From positions 21,630,364 through 21,694,275 of the forward strand of contig NC_068987.1 in the NCBI RefSeq assembly GCF_001194135.2: a DNA stretch of 63,912 bases, written 5' to 3'. The translations under genes and the position numbers were made by a program. Below are positions 44,101 through 55,184 of this stretch, one piece after another. Position 1 is the stretch's first letter, and every line of letters begins with the position of its first letter. The notes under the pieces are model-generated. The model was not told where the DNA came from. It worked only from the letters and a program-made list of their open reading frames with translations, and did not search any database. This DNA comes from Octopus bimaculoides (taxonomy: Eukaryota).

Positions 44101-47100
44101 CTGCTGTTCTTCACTCCCATATCACCAGTTACTCCCCATCACATATCCATCCCTCAAAACTTGTTCATTATATTCACTCTTCACAACATTCTTCCAACCT
44201 CTATTCACCCACATTCTGTGTTCTGTTGCTGCTCACTTTTATTCACTTCATACCTTGAGGGTTACACCACAATGTATTACCACTATTTTTTTTTAATCTC
44301 ATTCCAGATCCACCCTAATTACTCCCAACCTTTTTTTCAAAAATTTGAGCAGTCATTGTAGTTCTACATTATGAAATTTATTGTTCTGCCTCTTCTCATA
44401 ATTTAACTCATCTCTTAGGATTCATAGTCTTGCAAGCTACATGGCAACCTCACTGGTGCTGGTGCCATGAAAAGCACTAGTACATGCTGTAAAGTGGTTG
44501 TAGAAACCATGCCAAAGTAGACAGTGGAGCTTGATGCAGTCCTTGGACCTATTGTATCCTGTTAAACCATCCAACCCAAGCCAGTATGGGGACATGGCCA
44601 TTAAATGAAATACAGTGATGACTTCACTGAAGATGAGGTGAGATACTCCTGACTACCATCATCTATCCCACATCAAAATTCCACATTCAAACAAAACCAC
44701 AAGTAAAGATAACAATACAATGAATATGAACCAACCTCAGACTCTCGAATGTATTGGAAAATGTCATTTTTATAAGTATCATAGGGTGAAAGAGAATGTA
44801 CGACTTCTTTAGTGTCACAGATACTTGATTGATCTAGGCTTGTATCAAGAACCATGGGAGACTCCAAATCTGCAAGAGGAAAAAAAAAAAACAAATGCAA
44901 AGTTAAATTTTTTTTCTTTCACATTTTTATGTGTTAAAAGAGACATAGATAGAAAGTCTGAAAAAAGGCCTAACAAGTTTCATCTAGGTTCCAGCCCAGA
45001 AACTTACGAAATGTAGAGCTAAGTAGTGATTCTTACAGTGTACTATCATTTAGAATTATAGGCACCTTCAAGAATTCAATTCTAACTTACCCATTCCATA
45101 ACTTTGTTCGAGACGGTCAAAGGGCTGTTTCGGAAGTGCAGTGACTGCAGCATGCATCTCAAGCTTGCCCTCAACAGCCAAATCCTCCTTAGAGAAGGAC
45201 ATATCTCCGGCAGATTCCGAGTTCTCTTCATTGTCCACGTGTATTTTGAAGCCTGACTTGCGAGGTATGTGATCATAGTCGGTAACTTTGTACTTCTGTT
45301 GAAAATCGTTTTCATCTTGTCCAGAAACAGACCCAAGCTAGAAATGTAAAAAATAATATGTAATATATCAGAGATGAAAAAAATGGCAATTTTATATTAC
45401 CCCCAATTAATCTAATGATACTATGCACAAAAAACTTCTGCATCACTAAATTATTGCTGTGAGGGGAGCTTCTGCAAGGTCGCTATACTTGCTAGAAATG
45501 GATGCCAAAAGTCCCTCAAATCAAACTATCGTCTTAGAAGGGATAGCACACGATTAGAATGTCTGGTCAGGGAGCTACTGATCGATCAAGGTTAATCGCT
45601 AGCGCAGTTGAAACAACGTCTACAAACAAAAAAATAGCTTTATTACAGCAGGGTAGAGATGTCAAACCGAACCAACGACCTTGTTTCAATTCCCTGATGT
45701 AAACTTTCGTTTCGCTTACATTATTAATTATTTAAAACGGAACACGAGCTTTATAAAACACATAGTATTATCATTTAGATAATGCGAATTAGAGTTTAAA
45801 AATCAGACGAGACAAAAACTAGTTATCTCAAACCCGCGACTCTACAGCTTAAGCCCATATCACTAAAAACGTTTCACCCATACCTCAGGAGTAAGTAGGT
45901 GGTTAATTACCAGTTACATATATTCGAATAGAACGGATCGCAAATATCGCAGCCATAGACAAAAGAGTCTCAAGGGCCAAGAAGAATATTTGGCGCCGGC
46001 ACACACACAAAAAAAAACTATCGCATAAATGGTAACGCAAAACACGATAGGGAACAAAAGCGTATTCCTATAAGGAAAGAAGGATTCGGAGGAGAGCTGC
46101 TTTGTTAATTAATCTGGGAGGAGGGTGCCTGCAATTTACACCACGGATACAAAAAAAGCGAAAAAGTTGAATGAAATGAAAGATGCAATGGTGGAGGAGT
46201 TATCTGTCAAATACGGCGAAGTGGTTGTTTAATGGTGAAAGTTTGTGGTGGTGGTGATGGGGAGGCACTTGAGAGCTTTCCTTTTCTTTAGTAACAGCTG
46301 TGCGACAGTGAAGAAAGATGTGGCGGCCGACAAGCTCCACCGCCACAACAGAATAAAACGAGAAAATAAATAAACGCTAAAGTGTTACACCATCAGCTGA
46401 ACACGTTTACCTATTTCATATAGGTTTCATGGATATACAGGTAAATCGATGTTATATGGAAAAAGAGGAAATTAAATAAGACGGTTTATGATTCAAAGAC
46501 ATTAATGACGTAAATGAAATCGAAACCGGGCCGCGAATTTTACTTCATGAGTACATAGAAGAGTTATTCAAATTTCTTCTTCATGAATTTGATTCACAAG
46601 GAGAGGAGTTTTTTTTTTTCCCCTCCTTTTAGAAAACATTTTCTTCTCTAAAGTTTGTATGCGTTTGGTGGATTTCATTACGAAAATGTACATTCTACAT
46701 TCCTCGCAACCCACACTATATATCACGTTGGTAATGTAAATGGCTATGAATTTCTCATGAATGCATATGAACATTGCAGAAAAGTTCTTTAATCTCTACC
46801 TTAATATACATGCCATTTTAATCTTTTTCAATTTATGTAAGTGCTCACCTGAAACGCTTTACATTTATATTCTGATTAGGGTTAGCACCACAAGGTTTCG
46901 AACAGATGAAAGTACCCCACTACCACTTTTTTCCCACCTCACTGGCATAAAAAATTTTTAAAATAAAAAACTTAGAACACTGCTCTCGATCAAAGACCTT
47001 TTGAGCACTGCTACCAACATATTTTGGTAAATTTTTAGGACACTATGAAAAAACAAAAGCAAACAATGGTTTTGATTACTAAATTCATAAATTTTCGGAA

Positions 47101-47395
47101 CAACGAAAGCAGAGAAGCTGCTACATACAAAAGTCATACATACCTTTGCATTTCTCAACGGGCGCTTTCGTTGTTGAGTTACCGGTACATTTTTGTCCAA
47201 ATAGACATTCAGATCGCTGCCGACAGCACGGCCGAGTTCACCGAGGACTTCTCGTTTCTTTTGGTTTCGACCGAAACGAGACACTGCATCGTTTTCAGTT
47301 GGGACCCGGTTTTCATCATTGATTAATGTATTCTCCTTAAGTATTCTGGCAGGTTGTGCAAGTTGTCGGTTAGTGCCATTGTTTTGAAGCGACAT
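35105..47395 (-). CDS. CCNA: Cyclin A (A-type mitotic cyclin), complete, 9 exons, 457 aa
   Basis: Minus-strand exons 47395-47144, 45337-45091, 44869-44736, 43674-43451, 42615-42540, 40453-40322, 39759-39643, 36952-36819, 35162-35105 join in frame through GT-AG sites (1374 nt). Motifs: D-box REVL, ABBA-like FKIHVD, ESPMVLD, cyclin box [12 protein letters not shown]...KLQLLG...KFEE...[29 protein letters not shown]. Confidence 0.95.
36819..36952 (-). CDS. CCNA: Cyclin A exon 8 ([20 protein letters not shown]...[13 protein letters not shown])
   Basis: Acceptor catggttctag, donor gtaagt, 134 nt; matches the TGY...C...HAQQxIxxKY pattern of A-type cyclins. Confidence 0.9.
37915..38312 (-). mobile_element. 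Young RTE-3'UTR-type element in cyclin A intron 7. Older copies at about 3640-3900, 18170-18360, 19800-20000, 37270-37450, 42930-43200, 44430-44620
   Basis: catcatcatc tail, ctggatgcccttcctaacgccaaccac core, internal ~65-bp tandem duplication (ggtgcttttacgtg...caggcggtactggcatc twice), CpGs retained. Confidence 0.65.
39643..39759 (-). CDS. CCNA: Cyclin A exon 7 ([39 protein letters not shown])
   Basis: Acceptor actttccag, donor gtaggt, 117 nt. Confidence 0.95.
40322..40453 (-). CDS. CCNA: Cyclin A exon 6 ([14 protein letters not shown]...QYLAR)
   Basis: Acceptor cctcaacag, donor gtaagt, 132 nt. Confidence 0.95.
42540..42615 (-). CDS. CCNA: Cyclin A exon 5 ([25 protein letters not shown])
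   Basis: Acceptor cacatttag, donor gtaaga, 76 nt. Confidence 0.95.
43451..43674 (-). CDS. CCNA: Cyclin A exon 4 (cyclin box, [12 protein letters not shown])
   Basis: Acceptor ttttacag, donor gtaagt, 224 nt. Confidence 0.96.
44736..44869 (-). CDS. CCNA: Cyclin A exon 3 (DLESPMVLD...[13 protein letters not shown])
   Basis: Acceptor cctcttgcag, donor gttggt, 134 nt. Confidence 0.9.
45091..45337 (-). CDS. CCNA: Cyclin A exon 2 ([10 protein letters not shown]...[10 protein letters not shown]...QSYGM)
   Basis: Acceptor acatttctag, donor gtaagt, 247 nt. The coding frame differs from the ORF-track entry 45082..45336. Confidence 0.9.
45989..45996 (+). promoter_or_regulatory. Canonical E2F site TTTGGCGC in CpG-rich patch of cyclin A intron 1
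   Basis: Exact TTTSSCGC match. A CRE-like TGACGTAA also lies at 46506-46513. Confidence 0.35.
47144..47395 (-). CDS. CCNA: Cyclin A exon 1 (MSLQNN...KEN...REVLGEL...RNAK)
   Basis: ATG in caacaATG context, donor aag|gtatgt, 252 nt; carries the KEN and RxxL degrons. Confidence 0.85.
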
Positions 47396-48105
47396 TGTTG
47401 CAGTCTCTTTTCGTAATTTCTCTGTTCGTTGCTAGTGATATCTAGCTACCCACTTATATAATGTATATATGTTATATTTATAATTCTTGTAGATTATCTT
47501 CTTTTCTTTTTGTGTTAGTAATGTTAATAGTGTATGTGTATATGAGGGGTTGGATTCTTTTAGCTTGTTATCACTCAGAAATAATACCAATATATCTTTA
47601 TAACTTTAAATTAAGCGATGTTTTGGAAACAATAACAAACACAGAAAGTGAAGAAATCGTTAGGAAAGAAAAAGAATAAGCGAACGCCCACGATGTAGAA
47701 GGAAGAAAAGAAAGCAAAATAACCAATATTAATAAAATACTTCCTTCCCTTTATACTTTGACGATGATATGAGAATATGTATGTATATATACATGAATAG
47801 CACTTCGTGATTTTGGGACAACTGAAGAAAGAAAAAATAAATAGCAGATACGGTTAAAGGGTAGAAAATGAAATTATTTAGCCGGACAATGAATCGTTTT
47901 AAACTGAGAAAAACAGAAAAGAGAATTTCTGCGTAAATATAATATATGGTGTTAAATATGTCCGTTGTTTTCGCTGATATAATCAGGAATTAAAAAAAAA
48001 AGAAAGTGAAATGGACAGTGCGACCAAAACCATAAATAAAATAAGAGCAGCCTGCTTTCTTCTCTTTAGCGTAGTAAGCCGTTTGTATGAGTTGTTCACG
48101 TTGAA

Positions 48106-48179
48106 TTACCCGCTACACTTGAATTGACCAATAAATAGCGTGTATTCTCATCACGTGCTCTCTCGCTTGTTATTTTGAA
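48106..48179. promoter_or_regulatory. Putative cyclin A promoter cluster (E2F/CDE-like + CHR-like, CCAAT, E-box, CHR)
   Basis: TTACCCGC (48106-48113), 4-nt spacer, CTTGAA (48118-48123), GACCAAT (CCAAT 48128-48132), CACGTG (48152-48157), TTTGAA (48174-48179); about 0.7-0.8 kb 5' of the cyclin A ATG. Motif evidence only. Confidence 0.4.
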
Positions 48180-48229
48180 AAATTCATACAAATCTTCTTA
48201 ACAGTGGTTCGCTTTCCCCTTCCCTCATG

Positions 48230-48331
48230 CTATTGTGTGTGTGTGTGTATATATACATACATTTGATAACTGTGCGTGGGTGTATGTGATTGTGTATGCG
48301 CGTGTATACATACATACATATATATATATAC

Positions 48332-48395
<64 letters not shown>

Positions 48396-48652
48396 ATATA
48401 TATATATACATACATACATATATATACATATATATATATAAATATATATATGTACATTTGAACATACACACTCACACACATAACGTGTTCGTTTGTTTAA
48501 GACATTTTTTTAAATGTCAGTTTCTTTTCTAATTAACCATTCAAAAGGGACTGTACTATGTCATGTTCACACACACACACATATGTATGTATATATACAT
48601 ATATATATATATAGAGAGAGAGAGATGAATGTGTACATATCTATCTATCTAT

Positions 48653-48685
<33 letters not shown>

Positions 48686-48745
48686 CATACTTACATATCT
48701 ATAAATATAGAAACAGTAACACACACATACAGAGTATATAATATA
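48230..48745. repeat. Compound (AT)/(AC)/(AG)/(ATAC) microsatellite field
   Basis: Direct inspection; source of the YIYI ORFs. Confidence 0.95.
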
Positions 48746-48782
48746 GTTCTATAAAAATTACTAACAATTTATTATAAATCAG

Positions 48783-49112
48783 GCATTGCTGTGTGGTGAG
48801 AAGTTTAATTCTCAACCACATGGTTTCGGGTTCAGTCTCATTGCATGGCACCTTGGACTCTGCTATAAGCTCACCAATGCTCTAAGTGGTAGACAGGAAA
48901 TGAAAGTTATTCCAACGTGTGTATATGTGTGTGTGTGTGTGTGACAACGAGTGTTGGCGTGTTTACGTTCCCGTAAGTTAGCTGTTCGGCAAAAGATATC
49001 GACAAGATAGGAACGCAGCTTAACAGAAATAAATGCTTGGGTTGATTGGTTCCACTAAAATTCTCTGACGCGGTGCCCCAGCATGGCCGCAGTCTGAGTG
49101 AAACAAGTAAGA
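48783..49112 (+). mobile_element. Family A SINE, CpG-retaining copy
   Basis: Same head and tail as 31410-31752, ending gcggtgccccagcatggccgcagtc...gaaacaagtaa. Confidence 0.75.
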
Positions 49113-49604
49113 AACAAACGATATAAGATATAGTATACTTACATAGATACATACGTTCACGCACGCGCGCGCACACACACACACATACACACGCACACAC
49201 ACACAGATACATACATGTATATAGATACGCTCACACGTGCATATGTATATACATACTTAATACATACACACATGTTTTGTTTCAATCATTTGATTGTGGC
49301 GGCCATGCTGGAGCACTGATTTGATTGGTTTACTCAAACAAATATATCCGAATACTTATTTTTATCTAAAATCTGATACTTATTACATCGGATCCTTTTA
49401 CTGAACCGCTAGATCATGGGGATGAAAACAAACCAACACTAATTGTTTAGCAAAGATGGAGAATATAGACAAGCACACAAAAAAACCATCCCTCTCCCTC
49501 ACTCCCTCACTCCATCCATCTATCCATACATACATGTTCACTCATACGGATATATATATATATATACATATATATACATATGGAATTTCAACACCTATAC
49601 TCAC

Positions 49605-51325
49605 CTTCAGCATAAGTGTTCTTTTTTTCACTGATCATCATCTTTGTCTTAACATCCACTGGGCAGCTAATTTCCACAATTGTGCACAGTTTCTCTTCTC
49701 TATCCCAAATCATTGTATCAGGTCTACTGTTCTACATCTCTGTTTATGTGGAAATTATGTGCTTGTTAATATTTTACAGATTTTCACATCAATGGCTTGG
49801 ATCTCATCAAGTGTCCTATCATGCAGCCCAAATGTTGGTATGAGTACTGGCACTGCAAACACATCGTGGGCCACTGTTTTATTGAATGCACAGAGTTCTG
49901 AGGTCCAAATTTTCTTTACTCAGTTGTAATATTCTTTAGTGGCATGTGTTTTGTTACATGTACCATTGTGAGATGTATTTTCATCCACCTCTAGATACCT
50001 GTAACATTCCTTCTTAGATACAGGGGAAACAATCAAATCATTGATGGAGATGTTACAAACTAGTGTAGTTTATAGTTTTCCCCTTCTCACAACCATGTAA
50101 CATTTATCCTGACCAAACTCCAACCCTACATCCTTTGAGAATATTGTAACTAGGTCAAGGCTCTTTTTCATCTCATGCATATTCTTTGTATAAAGTTTTA
50201 AGTCATCCACAAAGAAACAGTGTATGAGTTTGGTATTTCTGTTTCCTTGTGAACCTGCGAGATATCCTTCAGACTTCCTTAACATGAATGACAAGGGATT
50301 TACAGAAAGTATAGACAACATCACAGAGAGGCTGTCACCTTCAAATATGCTTTTGCAATACTGTATTCTATTGGTGAAAATATAATCACTCTTTGTGTTT
50401 AATTTCAAGCTGATGGCCCATGATGAAGTCAGGTCAGCTATGGCTTTGACTATTCTCACTGGAACTTTAGCAAGTTGAAGGGCTTCTAGCAACCATGAGT
50501 GGGGAACAGAGTCAAAGGCTTTCTTGTAGTTGAGCCACATTGAAACTAGGTTCCTCTTATGCTCTAGCACCTCTGGCATCACGGTTTTGTTGATTAACAA
50601 TTGCTTGGCACATCTCCAGATTCCCTTCTTCCCAGCTGTTTTTTCTGCTGTGGTGATGATATTGGTTTCACAATGGTCCTGGAGTATGAGGTTTAAGTAT
50701 GCCGTATATATCTTATACATTAAGTTCTGGCAAGTAATTGGCCAGTAGTTTTTTGCCATGTGGCTGGTTCTGCATTTGGGGATCAATTTTGTCTCTGCCA
50801 GAGCTAACCAGTGTTGTATGCTATTGTTCCCAATGAAAGCTTGCTGGTACAGGTTGATAAGATATGATCAGTAGAATGTTCACTTCTTGTACCAATATCC
50901 AACAATCAAGTCTCTTGCAGGTGCTGCAAGAGTTTCACCATCAATATTATATGTCTTGGATGTAATGCAGGAGCAGTAACTTTATTGGATTTCTTCCAGC
51001 CACAGAACATCTTGGTTAAATTCCTTCTCTTCACTCTAGATTTTCCTCCAGAAGGAGTTTATGTCTACTCATGAAGGAGCTTCCGTGATGTTTACTGCTC
51101 CTCCTTTCATGTCTCTGTATACTGTTACCTGGTTGCGGTTAAATTTTTTGTTTATTGTTCTTCTCTTGGTTCTTCTCTTCTGATGTTGGAGTTTTTCACT
51201 GACAGCTTTTAGTTCCTGCTGTAGGGTAATCAGTTTGCAAGTGACTGTCCTTTTTTTGCTGTCTCAAAACATCATTTCTATCTCTTTCTTTACTCTCTGT
51301 TGGTGGTACGTATAGTGTTTTGCTT
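49605..51325 (-). mobile_element. Degenerate RLE-type non-LTR retrotransposon (R4/Dong-like): RT plus restriction-like endonuclease
   Basis: ORF 50070..50786: YWPITCQNLMYKI, WLNYKKAFDSVPHSWL, FEGDSLS, FFVDDLKLY, GLEFGQDKC. At 49740-49620: SRPDTMIWDREEKLCTIVEISCPVD (RPD...E..CP endonuclease motif). Confidence 0.8.
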
Positions 51326-52474
51326 GTATGTATGTATGTGTGTGTATGTATGTATGTGTGTGTGTGCGTGTGCATGTGTATGTATGTATGTATACCATGG
51401 ATATATTCAATGTAGGGCTTCTAGCAGGTTTGCAATATGATTAAACTACTTTTTCTCACTCCAAATTTTTTTCACCAAAATGACTCTTACCTTCCTAAGA
51501 TGGAGCCTCAGTGACAAGTGTTGATTGTTCATACATATCCTGGTAAACTTTTGGCTGGTTTCAATTAAATTTCTTGTTATGTTGATTGAATTAAATTTAT
51601 TGAGTATGTATGTGCTACTGGTAACATGTAATCCAGTACATCCTGCTGCATGGTTGGGGGCTGGCAGTGCCCAAACCAGCCAGCCTACTGAGCTATAATG
51701 GAGAAAGCTGCTTATTAATTAGGTATGTAGCTGTTACTAAAAGAAAGCAATTATTAAAGGCTTAACTGTCTGGAAATTTTTTATAAATTCATGTTCCAAA
51801 AAATTTCCTGTAATTTCGATTTCTGATGGTTATTGAATATTTGAACTACAAGTTTTCCCAAATTTAAATATTCATTGCATTCACTGCAGAGTAGATTTAA
51901 ACAATATTAATTTGCTGCAGGTGAAATTTTCTGTTTTCATTCACAACTGTCCCTCTCCTCTACTTTCATTATTGATAATCTAATATATATTCATTTCAAG
52001 TTTTTAATTCACTATTTGCAAAACCCACAGTTTATTCTATATACGTAATGTAAAAGTAATTATTTATTGAATGAATGAATGCTATTAGTTAAAACAGCTG
52101 TATAACTTTGATAAAATGAAAATTTTTTCGTATACCTGCATAATTAAAAAAAAAAAAAAAAAAAGATGTGATTTCGTTGGTATGGCTGTTTGGAATGCTA
52201 TAAGCCTTACAATAATAACTATATGATCACTGCTATTTCTAGCATGCTAAACCTTGAAGTTAGTTTAAATTACAGATATATTACAACTATGATAAATTAC
52301 CGAAAGAAATATTTAGTAAACAAGTGAGATTTTTTTATAATTTGAATTTTTCAGGAAAATTTACTTTCTGAACTACCTTTTATTATTGAATATTTCAAGT
52401 TCATAAATTTAAATATAATTTTTAAAAGCTTTTATTTATATGTTTATTTCATTCATTGTTTTCAATGTTCTCTC

Positions 52475-52517
<43 letters not shown>

Positions 52518-52899
52518 CTCTATCTCTCTAATATAAAGACAGCCACAACCCAGGTTTGACTAGCAGAAAACAGCCTGGAGGGCGGTCTTTCTGCTTGTAT
52601 ATATAATCAGGCTGCCTCCGTTGTTAAGGTGTCTATCTAGTCTGATTTGAGCATAATTTAGAATGTTCGATGTTCAAGTAATAAGTATACTTCCTGAATT
52701 ATTGATATGTGGGTATTGTGTGTGATTGAACTACCTTTGATTTCATAATAGTGGTTTTCATGCTGTTAGTTTTATACAGTGGAATCTTTTGATCTTTTTT
52801 TTTTGCGTCATACATACCAAAATCTTTTGTGTGTGAAGCGTCTATTTTCCACTGTATTCTGTGTGAACTTGTTACATTGTATTGTTGATGATGTCATTG

Positions 52900-54310
52900 T
52901 TATTCTTCCTGTAAAGCATGTATCTTTTTAGAGTATTTGTAAATTGTTCTAGAGAGGCAGTAAATTGAAAAAGCAAATTGTGAAAGTATCAGAAACAGAG
53001 TGTACCAAACTCTCATTATTAAAGACAGTGCAAGTGTTGCTTGGAAATTTCTTAAGGATCGTATGATAACGATTAGATTGACAGTAGCAGGTTTAGTGAA
53101 CATACCCTCCATAGACAATTCTGTCACCAAATCTATCAGTTGCCTGTGTTTCAAATTTACAAAAAGACTGAAATAATGCAAAAAGCCAGGACCAAGGATG
53201 GGATATGGAAGATCAGCAATTATAAAAATCCACTTGGATTGATACCTCAAGTTAAGAGCCAGAATCACCCTAACCCTAACCCTATTTTCACTGTAAGTGA
53301 AAATAGGAGAATGGTTAACAACTTGTAATGTTATAGCTGATGATTTCTGCAAATCGCATAAGAATTTCACTGGCTAGGCGTTAAAATGGCTTGTACATTC
53401 AAAAGGAGGCACGAGGAAGAGTTGTTGTAACATTGACTCTCCAAGTGGGTTATCTTCCACTAAGTCTTTCATTCTTCTCAACAGTTGAGAAGGCTTCTTA
53501 TCTCCAAAAACTTCTTTGTGAAGGAGTTGGCAAAAGTGCTTGTTTGGAGGTTGAAGAACGTCAGAAATTTTCTGCTTTCATACTTTGATAAAATATGGAG
53601 TCAGAATGGTTGGTAATCAAATCTTTGACTTCACTGCTTCAGATAGGAGACAAAACACTGACTAAAAGGTGAAATTGATGCGTTTATGAAGAAATTTTGT
53701 TCACTGCCAAATAGCTTCAAGCTTAGGAAACCAAATGGAAGGATCTCATCTCCAATATATGGAGGTAAAGTGAAGGACAAGATAGCTTGAATAGCTAACT
53801 ATTGCTATTTCCAGAAGAAAAATGGATAGGACAAGTGAACTTGCCATTCGTTTTGGAAGTGAAATTAGTTGAGACTACACAAATGAAAAGATAAACTATT
53901 AAATACTGGCTGTTATAGCAAACTTTGAGAAGTTCAGGATCGACATTCGAGAGAAGAGAGTTTCCGCGGTGTTGACAGGTAGACTTACTTGACAGCTATT
54001 TCGAACAAAACGAAAGACGCGTCTAAGCTAACATTGTTCTCAGTATCATAGCCTGTAGAGGAAAGAGTTGCCCTGGTAAGAATTGTATGTGTTGTGGCTT
54101 TTTCTCCCTTAGATCTTTTCTTCTCTTCGTGGTGGTAGTCGTGGTGATAGGCATGGATCGTGTTGAGGGTCACCAGTGTCACAAAGAATATGTGCTGTTG
54201 GCTGGTCTGAGGTGATGACTGATTGAATTGCTGAGTAAAAATGTATTTCTCAGGCTGCATAAAAAAGTTACTGACAATACCCACAAACAATTAAGAGAGG
54301 ATTTTATTAT
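52900..54310 (-). mobile_element. Ty3/Gypsy LTR retrotransposon remnant: 5' LTR end, PBS, gag, protease
   Basis: gag: FTLPP(Y)W..DPSIWFPKLEA and EVFGDKKPSQLLRRMKDL. Protease: FIIADLPYPILGPGFLHYFSLFVNLKHRQLID. Minus strand ...gaCA c TGGTGACCC at 54178-54167. Outer LTR boundary uncertain. Confidence 0.75.
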
Positions 54311-54877
54311 TGCATAAATTAGAAATAATAACAGTAATAATTACATACTTGGAGAGACATACTGTTTGGAGTTTACAACATGCATACTGACACAACAATC
54401 TATGGCTGGGCCATCATAACTGGAAACAAGTGTGCTTATATACGCAGCAGTGAAGATTCCTATCAACAATCGGCCACTTAACCATTTGGTTGTGACAAGA
54501 ATGGAGATGCAACGCACATTCTGCAATTATTGCCAAAAGCAACCATTTTATAAGGTTCAAAGGGAAAATTCTAGAATATTGTATCTCACAATGGCTTGAT
54601 ACTGGTTGGTTGCTTAATAGGTCGATCATGTGAAACTACTGTGGTTTGATCGTGATTGATGCTTGAGTGGTTAGCTTGCAGCCCATTTTTGAATCATTGC
54701 TACAGATTTAATTAAAGAAATCGATGCCAGTACTTATTTTTTAAAACCTAGTATTTATTCTATTGTTCTCTTCTATAGAACTGCTAAGTTATGAGAACAT
54801 AAACAAACCAGCACCGGCTATCAAGTAGTGGTCGGTCACATACTTACATATACATATATATATACATATATATATAT

Positions 54878-55090
54878 ACTAGCTGATGTACCCGGTAATT
54901 CCTGGGAAAGCGGGGCTTGTCCCTTGGTTCCATTCTCATAATTGTTTTGATAATCCAATAACAACAATACAAAGTATGCAGCCCTTAAAACGGTTTTTGT
55001 GCATTTACAGAGAATACCGAACTGTCTTACACAAGATCGTGTTTTTAGGAATTCCCAATAAGTTATGAATGCCCAAATTGTGATGTGAGT
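54878..55090 (-). mobile_element. Helitron-like non-autonomous element (3' end) inside an (AT)n tract
   Basis: Minus strand: cccg-ct-ttcc-ca-ggaa-ttac-cggg hairpin (54914-54891), 8 nt, then CTAG followed by T. 5' end not identified. Confidence 0.45.
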
Positions 55091-55133
55091 TATATATACA
55101 CATATATATACATACATATAGATATATACATAC

Positions 55134-55184
<51 letters not shown>

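Noticed and set aside
45082-45336. 84-aa ORF overlapping cyclin A exon 2 in another frame
   Set aside because: No recognisable motif. The ABBA-containing frame is the one that joins exons 1 and 3.
48184-48741. Many overlapping YIYI/CVCV ORFs (also near 23981, 54836, 61309, 63014)
   Set aside because: Microsatellite translations.
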